A DNA stretch of 64,000 nucleotides, from positions 480,001 to 544,000 of the forward strand of contig CAWCMR010000025.1 in NCBI GenBank assembly GCA_963796685.1, given 5' to 3'. The translations under genes and the position numbers were made by a program. Each line of letters begins with the position of its first letter. Within the stretch, counting starts at the first letter, position 1. Below are positions 62,518-64,000 of the stretch, piece by piece. The notes beneath the pieces are model-generated. The model saw only the letters and a program-made list of their open reading frames with translations. It searched no databases and had not been told where the DNA came from. Source of the DNA: an uncultured delta proteobacterium. GTDB lineage: Bacteria; Myxococcota_A; Polyangia; Fen-1088.

Positions 62518-63696
62518 ATGAACACCCGCTGTCGAGCTCGACGAGCCCTCTTACACGAATCCGCGGCACGCTGGCTGCCTTGCGCCGTCCTTTTGTTTGG
62601 CCTCGGAGGCGGCAGGGCGTTAGCCGAGGAGCATGATCGCGGACGACACGACCAGGAAAACCCGCAGGGGGCACAGGGGCAGCATCCGCATCAAGGGCAG
62701 CAGCCGCAGGGACAGCCCCAGCAGCACACGCAGCCCCAGCAGCACGCGCAGCCCCAGCAGCACACGCCCCAGCAACATCCACAGCCGCCGCAGCATCAGC
62801 AACCACCCCAATTCCAGCAGCCGCAGCACCAACAGCCGCAGCAGGTCCAGCCGCAGCAGCACTCGCAGCAACACCAACCGCCACAGCAAAGGCCGCAACA
62901 GGGATGGGGCGGCCAGCACCCGGGCGATCGCCACGAGGAGCACCCACCCCAGGGTATGCAGCGACAGCCGGGCCCCTCACCCATGCAGCACGGCCGAGCC
63001 ACGCCTGAAATGCAGCACCCTGGGCACCCGATGCAACCCGCGCCACCGCCGCACGCCGAACGCGGAAGGCCCATGCCTCCCGCGCCAGCACCACGCTTCG
63101 AGCGGGCTCGACCCATGCCGCCCATGCACATGGGACGCCCGCTGGCACCGCGTGAACCGGTCTTCGTCGACGTGGCGCCGCCGCGCCCTCGCCACGAGGT
63201 GCGCCCGCCACGACCGTCGCCGGGCCACATCTGGATCGGCGGGTACTGGGGCTTGGAAAACGGCGCGCAAGTGTGGATCGGCGGCGAGTGGGCCGAACCG
63301 CCCCAGCCCGGCTATGCGTGGGAAGCGCCACGCTGGCGTCGGCACGGTCACCGCTGGGAGTACGTCCCCGGCTACTGGCGCCACCACGGAGGCCCCGTGT
63401 ATGTCGGGCCGGCGGGTCCACAACCCGCCTACGACGGCGGCATCACCATCAGCGGTCGCGTGATGAGCATGCAAGGCGCCCCCGTGCCGGGCATCATGAT
63501 TACCCTTGCCGGCACCCAGGAAGGCCATATCGTCACCGACGGCAGCGGTTACTATGCATTCACTGGCCTGCCCCCCGGATCGTACGCCGTGCGACCGACG
63601 GGCAACTGCGCCTTCGCGCCCGACGTGGCCAACCTGAACGACCTCTACGGCAGCGTCACCCAGGACATCATCGTCTCGGACTGCGGCGGCTGGTAA
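62518..63696 (+). CDS. Exported Gln/Pro/His-rich protein with YXWGXW repeats and a carboxypeptidase-regulatory-like C-terminal domain
   Basis: Signal peptide; PQQH repeats; WIGGYW, WIGGEW, YVPGYW; TDGSGYYAFTGLPPGSYAVRP. Confidence 0.8.
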   Translation: MNTRCRARRALLHESAARWLPCAVLLFGLGGGRALAEEHDRGRHDQENPQGAQGQHPHQGQQPQGQPQQHTQPQQHAQPQQHTPQQHPQPPQHQQPPQFQQPQHQQPQQVQPQQHSQQHQPPQQRPQQGWGGQHPGDRHEEHPPQGMQRQPGPSPMQHGRATPEMQHPGHPMQPAPPPHAERGRPMPPAPAPRFERARPMPPMHMGRPLAPREPVFVDVAPPRPRHEVRPPRPSPGHIWIGGYWGLENGAQVWIGGEWAEPPQPGYAWEAPRWRRHGHRWEYVPGYWRHHGGPVYVGPAGPQPAYDGGITISGRVMSMQGAPVPGIMITLAGTQEGHIVTDGSGYYAFTGLPPGSYAVRPTGNCAFAPDVANLNDLYGSVTQDIIVSDCGGW

Positions 63697-63880
63697 GAGA
63701 AACCGATCGCGTGCCGCCTGTGCTGCAGGCGCACTCCGGAATCGTCGCTTTGTGCAATTTGCGAATTGAATCGACCGCAGCACACGACGGGGAGCAAACC
63801 CGAGCTGACAGGACCCGCCACGCCGAAGCCGGCGGGTCGCCCAACAGCACTTTCCTAGGCTTATCCGAACGGCATTGCGG

Positions 63881-64000
63881 CTAAACCGCCGACACGAGAA
63901 ACGACTCCAGCAAGGCGAGCACGCGCTCAGGCTGTTCGAGGCTGCTGATATGTCCGGCCCCTTCGACGATCTCGAGCCGCGCACCCGCGATGGCGTCGGC
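63881..64000 (-). CDS. Alpha/beta hydrolase, C-terminal 39 aa (cut by window edge)
   Basis: ADAIAGARLEIVEGAGHISSLEQPERVLALLESFLVSAV*, containing the catalytic-His motif. Confidence 0.8.
   Translation of the reverse strand, partial: ADAIAGARLEIVEGAGHISSLEQPERVLALLESFLVSAV

Overview
GC-rich bacterial DNA, most likely Myxococcota (inferred from TIGR04552, DUF4215/fibro-slime, FecR-ECF-outer-membrane trio and PilT paralog). Most of it is housekeeping: the end of a dnaK-like gene, argG, alkD-coaE, engB-rimI, MoxR-DUF58-BatA, an NtrC-type regulator, nrdJ with NrdR and DnaA boxes, ftsE/ftsX/envC-like, mutS2 and cobB. Notable items: (1) two almost identical class-C-like group II introns (1403-3477 and 3846-5921, minus strand) 368 bp apart, each inserted just after a different hairpin in a nested palindromic-repeat array, with an empty sibling target still present. 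(2) A translationally coupled second chaperone operon: GrpE-like, Hsp70, a 673-aa unknown and a J-protein with HPP instead of HPD. (3) A TIGR04552 protein carrying the ordered motif set of RelA/SpoT synthetases. (4) An accessory stretch with deletion remnants of an AAA/DUF4143 gene and vapC, plus a GH12 lipoprotein with 25 hexapeptide repeats. (5) Several orphan short-repeat families. Five single-base +1 frameshifts look like sequencing errors, so those pseudogene calls are doubtful. All family assignments come from motif recognition by eye; no searches were run.
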